DNA from: Chara braunii | Lineage: Eukaryota > Plantae > Charophyceae | Assembly: GCA_003427395.1 (NCBI GenBank) | Contig: BFEA01000016.1 | Span: 552,867-616,866 of the forward strand | Direction of reading: 5' to 3' | DNA: 64,000 nucleotides | Shown here: positions 25,233-38,345 of the stretch, piece by piece | Position numbering within the stretch: the stretch's first letter is position 1 | Layout: the number at the start of each line of letters is the position of its first letter | Made by a program: the position numbers and the translations under genes | Notes under the pieces: model-generated | Seen by the model: only the letters and a program-made list of their open reading frames with translations | Told to the model about the DNA's origin: nothing | Database searches by the model: none

Positions 25233-26054
25233 TTTTTTATCCAAAATCTCAAAGATCACGTCCTCCGACCTTCCCCTAATCATCCCCGTTTGTCTGATTT
25301 CAAACAATAATGCAAAGTAGGATTCACACAATTTTTTTTTATGATATTTAATTTGATTAAATAAGAAAGAATGAATAAAACATAAGGGTGCACGCATACA
25401 TTAATCAAACTAGAGGGATATATGTAAATAGGGGTACAACGGACTCACACAGGGCAAATAATATTACCTGATAGTTCTCTACCTCCAAAACTCCTCCTTG
25501 ATCTCGATAGAGCTCCCGCAATCGGTGTGTGGGTCTTCCACAAGGTCTCCCTGCGGTCTTGTGAGTTAAAATCTCACTTGTCGCCCTCCTCTTCAAACTC
25601 ACATTAGACTTAGAGTAAGAAAGATGGACAAAGGGGTTTCAGACTTGAGATACAGGAAGGGACTAACTCAACTCGCATGAGATGGTCTTGGTATCTTGAT
25701 GCGCATGAGGGCCCCGCAATGGTGGCTAAAACGCATAAAAAGTTGGCCAACCAATGCCAAAACACAAAATCGCTGCCCTATGACAACTCCCTACTTGGTA
25801 GCAATAACCCATTTGCAGAAGCCTGGTCACTCCTCAAGTCGCAACGTCGTCCCCCTCGACCAAAACTGTCACTACCCAACTTAAAAATGTTGCGTTCAAA
25901 TACAGCACACCCCTATGCTCTATTCGAAACACGGGTAGAACACAACAACATCCAACAAAAACTACTCGCACCGCAACCGTGCGCGGCAGCCAGTAGAAGC
26001 ACAATCGGGAACCTCGCCGTGAAAAGTACAAATTCAAAAACACATTTCTTGTAA

Positions 26055-26250
26055 GAAAGAGAAAATGCACAGACTTAGATAACACAGTTTTTGTAAAAGA
26101 CGATGTGCACAAACTCAGATAGCGTTGTCTGTGTAGATGACGATGTGTACAAACTCAGATAACACTGTTTGTGTAGAAGAAAAAAATGCACAGGCTTAGA
26201 TAGCACTGTCTGTGTAGAAGACAAAAATGCACAGACTCAGATAACATTAT
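26055..26250. repeat. ~40-bp minisatellite (about 5 copies) in LTR D
   Basis: Repeats of TGCACARACTYAGATARCACTGTYTGTGTAGAAGA. Confidence 0.8.
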
Positions 26251-26847
26251 TCGGGCCCCGCACCGAATACACAGGTGGACCTTGCCATAATAAGGTTGCT
26301 TGCACGCGGACCTCAATTAATTGAACGTGGTTGACAAACTGTGCTTCGGAGCTCTTATTACCCTGGCTCCTCCTGCCCCTCTACACAAAGCAAAAGACAT
26401 GAAACTGCTTTGTTGTCACCTTGCTTTCTCGTCGGACCTCGAACCCGAAACTTATAAGTGGATGGAATAAGAGTGATTAATTTGCTATATCGCAGTGAGG
26501 CACACATACCCAATGCGCAACTGCTGCAATTACATCTACCTGCTGGCTAGCACATGGCGACCTCCATGACAGGAGGCATCAAGACTGGAACGTGCCCAAA
26601 GGAGATTTGCAACGAAAGCAAACCCTCCCCTAAAATGGGATCAGGTACACCAGCAAGCACGATGTCAAGCACCACTTGGCTGAGCGGAATTACAAGCAAC
26701 CGGATCGACTCCTATTCTTCCTAATGCGCAATATGAGGATGAGTTTTCTGCGAGAACCTGGAAGGGTACACCGCCCCATGGAGCTAATCCCTATGAGCTC
26801 GAATGTGGGGATTAGCATGCCGACAAACAACAACACAAACAACTCTA

Positions 26848-26855
26848 GCTATCCC

Positions 26856-26890
<35 letters not shown>

Positions 26891-27080
26891 CTCGATTAGT
26901 CTCTTGTTGCTATACTCAAGACAGGCGAATGACTCGCACGTTAGTATCACTCCCATCCACTACCAACGCTTCTTCTAGGCTCGCCCTGCTCAAGCATATT
27001 TCCCCATTTTTTCGGGTCTCAATAGGCATGTTGCCACTTATGCCTCTCCACTACATATCGCGGTTGGGGGATAGTGCATG
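26848..27080 (-). pseudogene. LSU rRNA fragment inside LTR D
   Basis: GCTATCCcGAGGGAAACTTCGGAGGGAACCAGCTACTAGATGG, 42/43 to the conserved LSU antisense around the LR5 primer site (recalled); degenerate after that. Confidence 0.88.
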
Positions 27081-27091
27081 CACATATGGTA

Positions 27092-27093
<2 letters not shown>

Positions 27094-27164
<71 letters not shown>
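27094..27164. repeat. (CT)n microsatellite
   Basis: Seen directly. Confidence 0.95.
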
Positions 27165-27169
<5 letters not shown>

Positions 27170-27832
27170 TGCCCATCCACTTAGCTACCCGTAGTTGAGC
27201 CCGTTGCTTGCGTTGTGCCTCATGCGCACCTATCCCGTAGTTGTGCCCGCTTGTTGTCTTCCGCTGCCACTGGCTGTCCCGATCTCAGCGGGGACGAGGG
27301 GCAGTGCTTGGATGAGTGTAATCGCCTCAATGAGATCGGGGCAAGCCCAACAAGCACACTGAGGAACGCGAGCACGACCACCAAGGTGGAATCGGACTCA
27401 GTAGTTCGATGATGATGATGATCAGACCAACACCCCAATCGCAGTGATAATGACGACCATGTTTAAACACTACAACGATATACGCGGCCAATCTTCTCTA
27501 CTCACTCTTCTTGCTAGCCGCTTTCACCAACTTGTCTTCTTCTTTTGACCGTACCTAGTGTGGATGCGCGTCCAGGTTCATTTCACTCTTCTACCTTTCC
27601 TTTGGCTCTCAATCTCTATTCTAACTCCTTATTTTTTTTTCTCTTTTCGTCTTCTTCAACCCGCTTCTTCCTCCCCCTCTCCCTTGTTTCTTAGTCAGGT
27701 TAGCGCAGCCCGTGAACTTATAAGTTCCAACAACAGTATATTAATATCTCTCCCTTGTTTCTTAGACAGGTTAGCGCAGCCCGTGAACTCATAAGTTCCA
27801 ACAACAGTGTACTAATCTGTCCAACAGTTCCC

Positions 27833-28145
27833 GCTATTATGAGGAAATCGTCGGGGAGGACCAACTGCTAGGTAGTTCGATTAGTCTTTCGCCCCCATAC
27901 CTTAGCCCGACGAACGATTTGCATGTCAGTATCGCTGCGAGCCTCCACCAAAGTTCCTCCAGTCTCTCCCTGCCCAAGCGTGGTTTACCAGCTTTCGGGC
28001 CCTAGCAGGCATACTCACACTCAAACCTCTCATAACAAATTGTGGTCGGAGGACGGTACCCTTAGCAGAGGGTCCCCACCACTCAGGTTTCCTTTTCCTT
28101 GTGGGTCAAAACACCCACCGGCTCACGTGTACGTTGAACTCCATA
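27833..28145 (-). pseudogene. Second LSU rRNA fragment inside LTR D
   Basis: GTTCGATTAGTCTTTCGCCCCcATACC...GACGAACGATTTGCAtGTCAGTATCGCTGCGaGCCTCCACCA. Confidence 0.9.
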
Positions 28146-29934
28146 ATCGACCTTCAATACTCCATAGGTGTATCAACTGAGTTGCGCCAGTAGGTTCTGA
28201 CAGCCGGTCCCGGAACCAGCACCGGTACCGGTTCAGGAAATGAAACTTAAAAAAAAAAAAAAAAAAGTAATAAAAGAAAAAAAGAAAAAATTGGAATTAT
28301 ACAGAGAGCAGGAAGGGGGGGGGGCAGCGACACCCCTTTTGTCCCAGCAGTCAGTCCCGAACTCAGAGCCGACGACAAAAGTGAAAGGGATAACCCCGTC
28401 GGGCCTTCAACCCAAGAGTTTCCTTCGTGATTCTTCTTCGCTCCTCCATCGCCGGTAGCCAGCCTCAATCCCTGAATCAGTTGCGTAGTAGTCGGCCACC
28501 GTAACCAATAGTGCTATGCTCAAGGCGAATACTAGCATTAGTGAAAACCCATATGAACGGGTTCCGCACACTAGATGGCCTCACCATTGTGCCCCAAGGC
28601 CATATCTTGGTCTACCACTCGGGCTTCCGACTGCCAAAAACAACGCCTTTGCCGCACGAACGACCGACCCTCCCTATGGTCGTATGCCTACAACGGCCAA
28701 CTATGATTTCAAGTTTTTAATCTCAATTTTTAATCAGATAAAGAACGTTTTATTCACTGTTACTGACCTATGGTACACAAAAAGCACCCGCGCCTTAAAC
28801 TTGCGCGTCCACACACCCTTCAACCCCATCTCATGCGCCCCCGTTCTTGCTGCTACAGAGAGTCACCCACGGGCTATGCAACACTTATCTAACTGGCTGC
28901 TTCAAGTACCGCCTTAGGTGCAGCTTGTGCGAAGTGCGGAAAAATACGCGAATACCCTTGTGAAGGTATTCACGCCGATAGCGTGGCAACTGCAAATTCC
29001 CAAGTTCCCAAACCTAGGTTGTGGAGTATGGGTTCTTGCATCTATATGGTGCAAATTCTCAAAATGACTAAATGCACGAAAATTGGCTTGAAAAAGGGTT
29101 TTGTTGCATATAGACCACCCCTTCAGGTCACAACGAGTGACCAACATGCATAAATAATACCTTGAAAATTGTAGGACTGGTCCTACCTTGTGAGAAATGG
29201 TCCCAAATAGGGGTTCAAAATCTTGGATTGATGCAATTTTTTAGGTCACTCAGTTCTTAATATCTAAAAGCGGCTAGTGGGCTTAGCGATGAGCGGTGTC
29301 GGAGCAGAAACCCATACAAGGGTATCTGCTCGGTAAAAAAATGTTGGGCATTGTCCGACTCTTGATGGGATTTTGTTTGAATGATTTGACTTGATGAGAA
29401 TGAGGCATTTGCCAAAGTCTATTCAGACATGACCTGCGACCAAAAGACTAGCGCATTTAATCTAGAGTTAAGACACCTGCGGCTTGTGAGAATGACAGTG
29501 AGGACTGGCGGTACGGTCGGTCACGTCTCGCGTTTGGCAAGGTCTTGAGGATGTACGACCGTTGGAATATTAAATAAAAAATATATTATATCCAAAACTG
29601 TGAAGCCGCATGATTCAGGTTTTAACTCGCCTAAAAGAGCAGTCGCGTTGTGTTGGAAATCATGTGTTTTTAGGAATTACCCTCGTCGGGGCTCGAACTT
29701 GTGTCGATATTGCAAAGGGTCGGTATCCTAGGTTGAATACGCGGTTGACCGAAGGATTAACAACCGACATGAAAAATGACACGGGCTGCTGATGTTTGTC
29801 ATGCCATGGAAGGACATTCCACTAAGGCGAAACTCTTCATACGGGAAAACAACTCCTATTGTAGACTGGGCTAGCCCCTTTTTGGTAAGGAGTGGTCCGA
29901 CACCTGGGCACAACGTGAATAATCTCGGATGCAC

Positions 29935-30040
29935 GATCCTTGGGATGACACGACTGAAATTATTCGCACCGCGCTAAGATTAGCATGACCCCTGCGCAAG
30001 GATGACACACATATATAGGGGAAATGGTCCGAGTTTTTTT
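29935..30040 (+). pseudogene. U6: U6 snRNA copy (3' half well preserved, 5' half degenerate), probably within old LTR copy F
   Basis: 29976-30008 AAGATTAGCATGaCCCCTGCGCAAGGATGACAC (32/33), then GAAATGGTCC..TTTTTTT. Confidence 0.9.
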
Positions 30041-30143
30041 ATTCCCGATGGGAATCAAACTCTGATCTGGATTTCAGCAGTTCGAGGAAGTGTCAGTGAG
30101 GCCGTGCCAACAAAAATTACGGTCGTTGACTTATGTCAACGAC

Positions 30144-30174
<31 letters not shown>

Positions 30175-31176
30175 GAGAAGACAAAGCATCAGGTGGCACA
30201 TTTGGGAGGAATAGGGACTTAAAGCGCCTAAGGTAGAGAATGAACACCCGTTTCCAGGGCGTCAGTTCATTTTTTTTACGTATTTTTATTTTTTCTTCTT
30301 TGTTGTTGTTTTTTAGTTCCCCTTCCCGTTTTGGTAAGGCAACATGCGTTACGAGGGGAGGGCCACCACTACACTCCACATGCATAACAAACAAAAATCA
30401 TGGCGGTGTATCTCTCCACGTTCCAGCAGGAGATTCGTTCTCCTGTGAACGTGGGAGGTGGTGAAGAAGGCGCCAATAACTTTTGACGCCTAGTTTCGAA
30501 CTTTGGTTTGCATATGGACAGTTTGACAACGAGCAGGTAAGTCGGTTTTTTTTTTTTTTAATCTCTTTGTTTTTTCTTTTCTGTCTCTTTCCCCCCTCGT
30601 TTCCTGGTCGTTATGAGACGTTGAAGCTGGAGAAACGGGGAGGGGAGAGGCTGCAACGAAAAAAAAAAAAAAAAAAACAAGGCAACTGTGTCTCGTTGTT
30701 GGGGAAACAACCACGTTGGCTGTGTGGGAGCGCACTTCCCACCCCAGTTGGCACAAATATTTTCGGCTGCAGGATCATAGATCCCGTGACTCACGACGCG
30801 CGCACGAGAATAGGAAGGTTAGGAAGGTTCGAAGAAAGAGAAAGAGAGAGAGAGAGGTAGCGGGGAGAGTTGGGAGGGGGATGGCCTGCTCCTCCCAACT
30901 TGCCAAATGCCCTCCTCGTTTTCAAGTGAGGGCAGAGGAAACTAAGGGGGTGTTGTTTGAATTAACAGCACGAACCTGGCTAGAACTAGAGCCACAGGTG
31001 TTGCGGTTTTGGGGGTTGAGTTTGATTTTATTTTTTTTACTGTTTTTTTTTTTTTTTGTCACGTCCTCGTGAGGGCACTTGTCCGGTACCTGGAAATTAA
31101 AAGTCGCATAAGGGAAAAGTCTAAGTTCAACGTTTCCCTCCACGTATCAGCCCTGGAAAAAAAGGTTAGATACATC

Positions 31177-32038
31177 CTGTGTTGCACGTTGTACACGTAC
31201 GCGGTGCGTACGCGTACGTATTCTCGCGTACATGTATGTGACCAGAAACCCGCGTACGCGTACGCATTTTTTATTTATTTTTTCAAAAATATATATATAT
31301 GTCGTGCCAGGCCCTTTCCTCGAGGGGGGAACACACATGTATTCACAATTTCAGAGTCTTCACACCTTTACACACACACATACACAGTATTAGACATACA
31401 CATACACACACACAGACACACACACACACAAAGTCTTTGTCAGACAGTTTGATTGTCACATACGGACTGCTTAACAGAGTGAGTGACAGACAGACAGTCA
31501 GACATGACAGACAAATAGATAGACGAACAGAAGGATAAACAGGCACAGAAACAGATCGACAAACAACTACCTAAAAATTGACAAACAGACCGACAGACAT
31601 CTACCTACACACAGATGGACAGACTGACAGACACGCATATGGACAGGGTGACAAAATGACGTGGCACATGGACAGGGTGACAAAGTGACAGATGGACAGA
31701 CAGGTACACGTGACAGGCCCTTGCAGACAGACAGACTGACAGACAGACACACACACACACAGACCACCCAGAGTGACAGACAAACAGACAAACAAACGGA
31801 CAGATAGACAAATTGACCACGACATAACTTGACTGAATGAGAGACTAACAGACCGACAGATAGCTGTACAGCCAGCCAAACAGCCAAAAAGCCAGCCAGC
31901 CAGACCGACAGCCAGAAAAACGGCCCGGAAAAGGCCCCCTGCGACCACGTACGCGGGAGGCTTTTTGACGTACCCGCGCACTTGCGTACGTGTACGCGTG
32001 TGCGCGGGGGCCGCGTACGTGTACGCCGTGCAACAAAG
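31177..32038. mobile_element. hAT-type MITE
   Basis: TIR CTGTGTTGCACG / CGTGCAACAAAG; perfect 8-bp TSD GATACATC; internal GACA/CA simple repeats. Confidence 0.85.
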
Positions 32039-35000
32039 GATACATCAAACTGAAAGGGGTTGTATCTTTTCAACCCCTTATCATAAAAATAAAATAAAAA
32101 CAGTTTTGAAAATCCCAAAATTTTAGCTATCTCGTGAAATTATGAGAACGTTGAAATAAAGAAAAGAAAACTAAGAAATAGGGTAGTTTAAAGAAAGGCT
32201 ATCGTGCGGCCACAATTAGTTTTTGATCTTGGGCAGATCAAGGTCTCACTGTGAGTTCGCGATTTTGCCTGGTGACTAGAGTGACGAGTAATCCTCCTCA
32301 ACCACTACCAGAAAGGCAGTTGTCCCCAGCTGCCACATAGAAGCACTCGTGCTGCCAGTGTGTGACAACGCACTTGAGTGTTATTGGGCTGCTGGAGGAG
32401 CTGTTGCAGGAGATTGGAGGGCTGCAGAGGAGCGTGGGAAGAGGAGCAGGACAGCTGAGGCAGGGGGCACTCTGCTCCGCCCTTAGGCTGGTGGTGGTCC
32501 TTTGAGACTACTCCTGGTCCACTCAGGTGGACCGAAACTCTACTCCACTGTTGAGGAACGGTGTTTTGGACCATGATTTTTCTAAGGTCCAAAGTTTCAT
32601 CAATTCTACGGTACTTTTCGACGTCAGTATCGACAAGACTTTCTTTGAGGAGGTGTTGGTACTACATTGTGGCAGGCTACACCCCATTTGGTGGGGTTAT
32701 TCTGCCGGATTTTTGGTACGTTGGTAGCACCGTTTTTTCTGCAAGGGAAATGCTGGTCGTTTTACGGCGTGGTTGTCGTTTTTACGGTACGGCAACGGTA
32801 ACGTTGTTCGGTGGGAGAATGCTGCCTGTTTGACGACGGGGAGTGTTCTTTTTTTAGGGGGGGACGTGCTGATGCGGTATTTGCAGTTTTTAGCAGGGGA
32901 TCGTGGTGGTATCAGTTGTAGTGCGCACATGAGACTTAGTTCCAAGGGCGGTGCTCGACTACGCTGCGTGACATTTTTTTTTTAGGAATACTGCAAGGTG
33001 CGGTCGACAACCTTGGAACATGCTTGGTGATACACGTGAAGATTATGCTGTGTGGCACCTGCGAATGAGTTGGGACACACGCATCAGGCTTTTTACTTTT
33101 TGGGGGGGCTACGTGACTCAGTGCGCGGGCTAGCAAAACCGGTTGGAACACGAGGAAGAAGCGAAGTGGTGATCGGGATTCACAACACGCACAGTTTCGA
33201 CATTCAGGGCCACCTTTATTTTTTCTGGGCCACACGGAGTCAACGGTTCTGATAATTGGAGTCATCTGGTGATGAAGGCGATAATGTGGGACCACGTAGG
33301 ACCGCCTGGATCCAGTTGGGACCAACACGGGATACACGCGGCCAAGGCGACGGTTTTCTGCGCTTGCGGTTTTGGGTTTTGACGCAGTTTTTTTCTTTTT
33401 TAATACGTGACGTTTTTTTTTTTTTTTTTTTTTTTTTTTTGAAGACCGTTCGGTGTTGTGGTGCATGAAACCATCTAAAACCGCTTGGGAACAGTTGGGA
33501 CTGTTGTGGGACAAGTGATTGCTTTTTTTTCTTTATGTGTGCAACTCGCCATCTTCACACTTGGGGTCACTGCATGTGGTATGTGTGAGTTGGGGACAGA
33601 CTGGGACTACCAGTTAGCGCGAGACTTACCTCGAGATTGCATTTTTTTTCAGCTACACGTATAGTTTTATTGGCTTTCTTGAGTGAGACAGGATGTGTTT
33701 GACAACACTTCACTCAATGCCAGTTTGTGACTCACATTCCTTTCACACCTGTGTGGACCCACACTTTGTTCAACCCTACATTTCATTGAAGATTCAAAGG
33801 GAAAAGGTGGGGTAGAAAATGTGGGGTCATGCATATGAAGAATGAGGATCTAACGGGAGTATGGGTTGCTGGATTGTTAGACTGTTGGTTGTTTTCTAGT
33901 GTGTTGGTAGTTAGAAGGATGTTTGCAAAGGGATTTGATTGTGCTTACTTACAGATAGTGAAAAAGATTGTTTTTTTTTCTACTTATCACTTGCCTGCTT
34001 GTCAAAAAAACTCATGTTTTGAAAATGATTAATTATGTGAGCACCATAAGAGAAACTTGTTTTAAATAAAGAAAGACAAAATTAAACTAATTTAGTATTT
34101 TCTTGAGATCTACCCCCTCTATCCCAAGTAACCTAAGTTGTTTATACATGTGCAAATGATTCTCATCCTCGATCTCCTCTGTTTTTTTTCATCTAAGTTA
34201 CCCTGAGCTTAGGAAAAACAAGAGCAATGAAAATCTACTCGCAGTGGACATGCCATCTTTATAGGAAGCATTTGAGGCGGGGGNTCATTGCTTTAGGAGC
34301 CGACCTTGTTATCGACCCAGAGTGGACTGTTCTACTAAGGGGTACTCTGCCGATCCGGTGGAGACCGCCCGACTTATGAGATACGAGTCTTGTGCTCGGG
34401 TGAGGAGGAGTACCCCATACCACTTCTTAGACAGTGAGACGTGGAACACTTCGAGTAATGCAAATGATCAATAATTATCCACAAAGCAGCTTGTCATTAA
34501 GGTCATTGACAAAGGGTGGCATGAGTGTATGCTTTGTATTCGGCCACTCTATGAATGAAATGAAAAACATTTGGCGGTCCAACTCATCAAGTCAAAACTA
34601 AGATAGTTTGACTACCTTGTCAACGGTCTTTTAAAGTCTGATCTCGTGTTGACTCGATTTTTCGTGTTTGGATCTGTGAAATTCGACCGACGTCATTTTG
34701 ATTTATGTTTCGCCTTGTGATATTTAAAAACTTGCAGTTATTCTTTCGACTTCCATATCGAAATGGACTCGCAACTGTCTAGTTTGTCGTAAGAGTTGTT
34801 TTTTGTTACAGACGGTTTCCTACCAGCTACCGTTACTCCGGTTTGATGAAGTTAGGTAAAGTTATATGTAAAAGGGACTAAGATTATTTGTAGGTTTCAC
34901 GCTAGGTTGAGACCACCCTAGTCGACCGAAATACATTCTGTAGCTAGGAGATCAACGTTGTCGAGCGCATCGGTCCGACACCGCACAAACGGGACGGGAC

Positions 35001-36749
35001 CCTCCCGGCCACGTCACGCAGGAGTTGGTTTATTCCTCGTCGCGAATACATATGGAGCTTCCGCAAGCAGCTCCGACCGAGTGCGCCAGCCATACCTCTC
35101 GCGAGCCCCTATGACAGGATAGGGCCTACGTGAGGCACGACTTACCTCCACCTTACGGGAGTTGTTACCTCCCATCGGTGAGCGTATCCCCACCGAGCTA
35201 CCAGTCCATAGTACGAAAGCTAACCAGCTGCAATCGTAGAGTTGGACCAGCCGAGGGCGTTTCTCGTTCGCTGTAGCATAGGGGGTACGCACGGTTTTAC
35301 TCCTCTATCGAACCCGCACGTGAACCGACGCCTTGGGGGGCTGAGGTCCCAAGCTCGACTCGTTGTCGGTCGACTAGGACGAATCCCACGCACCACACGT
35401 ACATCACTCTAAAGACATAAAAATTAGAATATACACTCACACACAAACAACACAAAACAAACAACGAGACAACACTCATAGTCCCTTCGTAGTCATCTCA
35501 TAACTCTCCGATGCGGAAGTCGGATAGGCGTCATGTGCGAGACTTAGTATAAAACCGCCCAGACGCAGGGCCTTCCCATATCGACTAGCAATACATGAAT
35601 ACGCAAGCAGTCGCAAAAATGACATACTATATAGCGTCCATAACCGTGCGGTCCCTCGTGGATCCAAGTATCGCCTATGACACTCAAGTGTCAGACTCGA
35701 AGTATCGTGAAGGTTTACTCCTTCACGATATTGCACGGCTGACGGAACAGTTGTGCGGCCTCCGCTGCACCTCCGACCTTTAGGCTGAGTGTCCCGGCAA
35801 GCAGGGCAAATAGGCTCTGTGCGGGGGGGTGATCCCTTCCATGCAGAGTCTAGGACCTGGGATGTCTTGGACAAGGACCTCGAATCCAGGCCCAGGACCA
35901 ACGTCCGACTAAGAGGTCTATAAAAAGCAAACAATCAGTAAAGGGAGGAAACTTCCCTTCCTATCTCAGCCTCGACCCCAATTGACCCTTAAGTGTGGGC
36001 TCCTTAGGCCACACGAACACCCAGCATAGACATATACATGTATATATATATATAAAGGGGGATTAAATATGTGACGATCACTTGTCACAATCACAGTGGG
36101 GCTCCTCACAGCCATATTATGTGTGCGATCGTAGACAGTCAAATCCAAAATCCGAACCACAGAACATACCTGCAATCACATCAAAGAGTCAACCAGAAGT
36201 CCATACACTACACGAAGTCAACTTCAACCAATCTCTATACTCATACCCCTTGCTTTAGCCATGCAAGCCCCAACGTTTGTCCAACCTTCCATATTTAAAT
36301 GCTCAGTACCTTTGTTAAATGGTCATTCAATAAAAGTCCGGGTGAAAACCTTAATAAAACAATAGAAACCACCAGGGCTAAAGCCTTTTAGGTTGAGTAT
36401 TGAGGACGAATTGGAGTTGAGTCGTAGGCCGACGAATCGGCAACCGATCTGTTATCAATGATAACAGAAGATGATCCTCTTGGGATCAACATGAATTTAG
36501 TCCAAATCCTGAATCAAACGATTGTGAGGACATGTAACACATGACAGACCAATACCCAAGCTAAATTCATAAGTGTATGGAGAATAACGCTTCATAACAC
36601 ATTCTCACCCAATGTCTTCTACAAGCTAAGCCTAGGCATGCCTCTAAGTCAGTGTCCAACGCAAAGTAGACCTATGACAACATCTCCTCTATTCAGGGTG
36701 GATTGTCAGAGTCGCCACCTGTCAAAATATAATATCATTCCTCTAAACT

Positions 36750-37295
36750 AAAAAAATTTTGGTATCACTTCCCGTGGAAAAAGTGTCTTCTCAGAACTTA
36801 TAATAACTCAGATATGAAAACAAAAAATAATATTTAATCCTGGAAAACCAAAATGTTGTTTAACTATTTGAATTAGTAAAAATTTTGGCAGCACTCCCTT
36901 TAGAAAAGAAGTTTTTCCAAATTTTTACTAGGTCAGATATGAACTCAGAAACAAGATCTGAGTTCAAATAAGATAAATTTTAACTAACTCCTCAGATTTG
37001 TAGAAATTTCAGCAGCACTCCGTTTAGAAAAGTGTTAATCCAAGATTTATGCAAAGCTAAGTTCAAAATCTAAAGTGATATTGTCTTCTCAAAGTCCAAT
37101 TTTTGTCTAACTCCCTGAAGTAACAAAAATTTGTGCAGCATCCTCTTTGAAAAATGAGGCTTTCCAGATTTTTACTAAGTCAAAAAGTCAGACAAACTGT
37201 ATCTAGAAAAGACAAAATCTGACTAACTCCTTGGTTTTGTAGAAATTTCGGCAGCACTTCCCGTAGAGAAAGTGACTTACCAAGATTTATACAAG
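36750..37295 (-). repeat. Hairpin array II in LTR E (5 units, ~120-bp period)
   Basis: e.g. TTGTAGAAATTTCGGCAGCACTTCCCGTAGAGAAAGTGACTTACCAAGATTTATACAA at ~37237-37294. Confidence 0.88.
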
Positions 37296-37587
37296 ACCAA
37301 GTATAACAAAAGATCCCAGAAAATGCGGAAATCGATCTAAGTAAATTAAACTTAGCTAAAAAAATGCAGGAATTGAAACTAACTCTTATGGCTCTAGCAA
37401 GCAACGAGCAGCTAAAACAACTACCTATCAAACCAAAACTCAGACCAAGTAGTAATCACACTCAGTCATATGCAAGGTCATACCACAAGGAGTAAGTACT
37501 CTCACCATCCCCAAGTCAAAATCCTCATAGATAGTTCATGAATCTTTCAGATGATTTAACTCTTATACCCAGCTTTCACATGGCGTA

Positions 37588-38345
37588 GTGCTAGACCATT
37601 CAGCTTAGAAACAATGTATAGCATGCCTTTAAAATATACACGAACAGGTTGCACAGCTATTTTTTTCTTCTTTGGCCATATGACTAGACCATTCAGCTTA
37701 GAAACAATGCCTAGTCGCCCTGAACTGTTTAATAGCTGAAGTTTAATACTTTTCTGACTTTGTTTTCAAAAGAAATAAAAATATGGGCAGGGGACTTAGT
37801 CATTCAGCTTGGAAACAATGCTCAGTTTGCCCATATTATTTTCAATTATACTCAGTACTTTCCTTTCTCTTCTTAATGATATGGCTTAGTATTGGACCAT
37901 TCAGCTCAGAAACAATGTTCAGTTCGCATGCAAGTATAGATAAAGTATTTTCTTGTTTATACCCAATTTATATTTATGTGCGTGGTTTTCAGGCTAAACC
38001 ATTCAACTTAGAAACAATACTTAGCCTTAGACAAAAAATTATCCCTAAAAAATAAACAAAAGACTGAACCATTCAACTTAGAAACAATATTCAACCCATC
38101 CTCAAATCATTCAAAGCATGAAGTTGAATTATTTAGTCAAACTTCAGTCAGAAACCCCAAACGAAACAGACAGACCAAGCCATTCACTTAGAAACAATGC
38201 TTGGTCCTAGAGATCAGTCAGACAGACCCTGCTAAATAAACACAACAACCAGGTCATTCAGCTAAGAAATTATGTCTGGTCCTTTAGAAAATATTCAAAT
38301 TAACATAGCCCTTAGCCATTCAACTTAGAAACAATGCCCAATCCT
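37588..38345 (-). repeat. Hairpin array I in LTR E (~9-10 units)
   Basis: CATTCARCTTAGAAACAAT with stems such as GACCAAGC/GCTTGGTC 38173-38206 and GGCTAA/TTAGCC ~37992-38026. Confidence 0.9.

Larger units (their letters stand above)
11728..28980 (-). mobile_element. Giant LTR copy D (5' LTR of an element), ~7.0 kb net, split by LTR C (12053-19754) and a Penelope-like element
   Basis: 11728-12052 continues directly at 19755. Terminus GAATACCCTTGTGAAGGTATTCACGCCGATA at 28950-28980. PBS abuts 11728. Confidence 0.85.
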
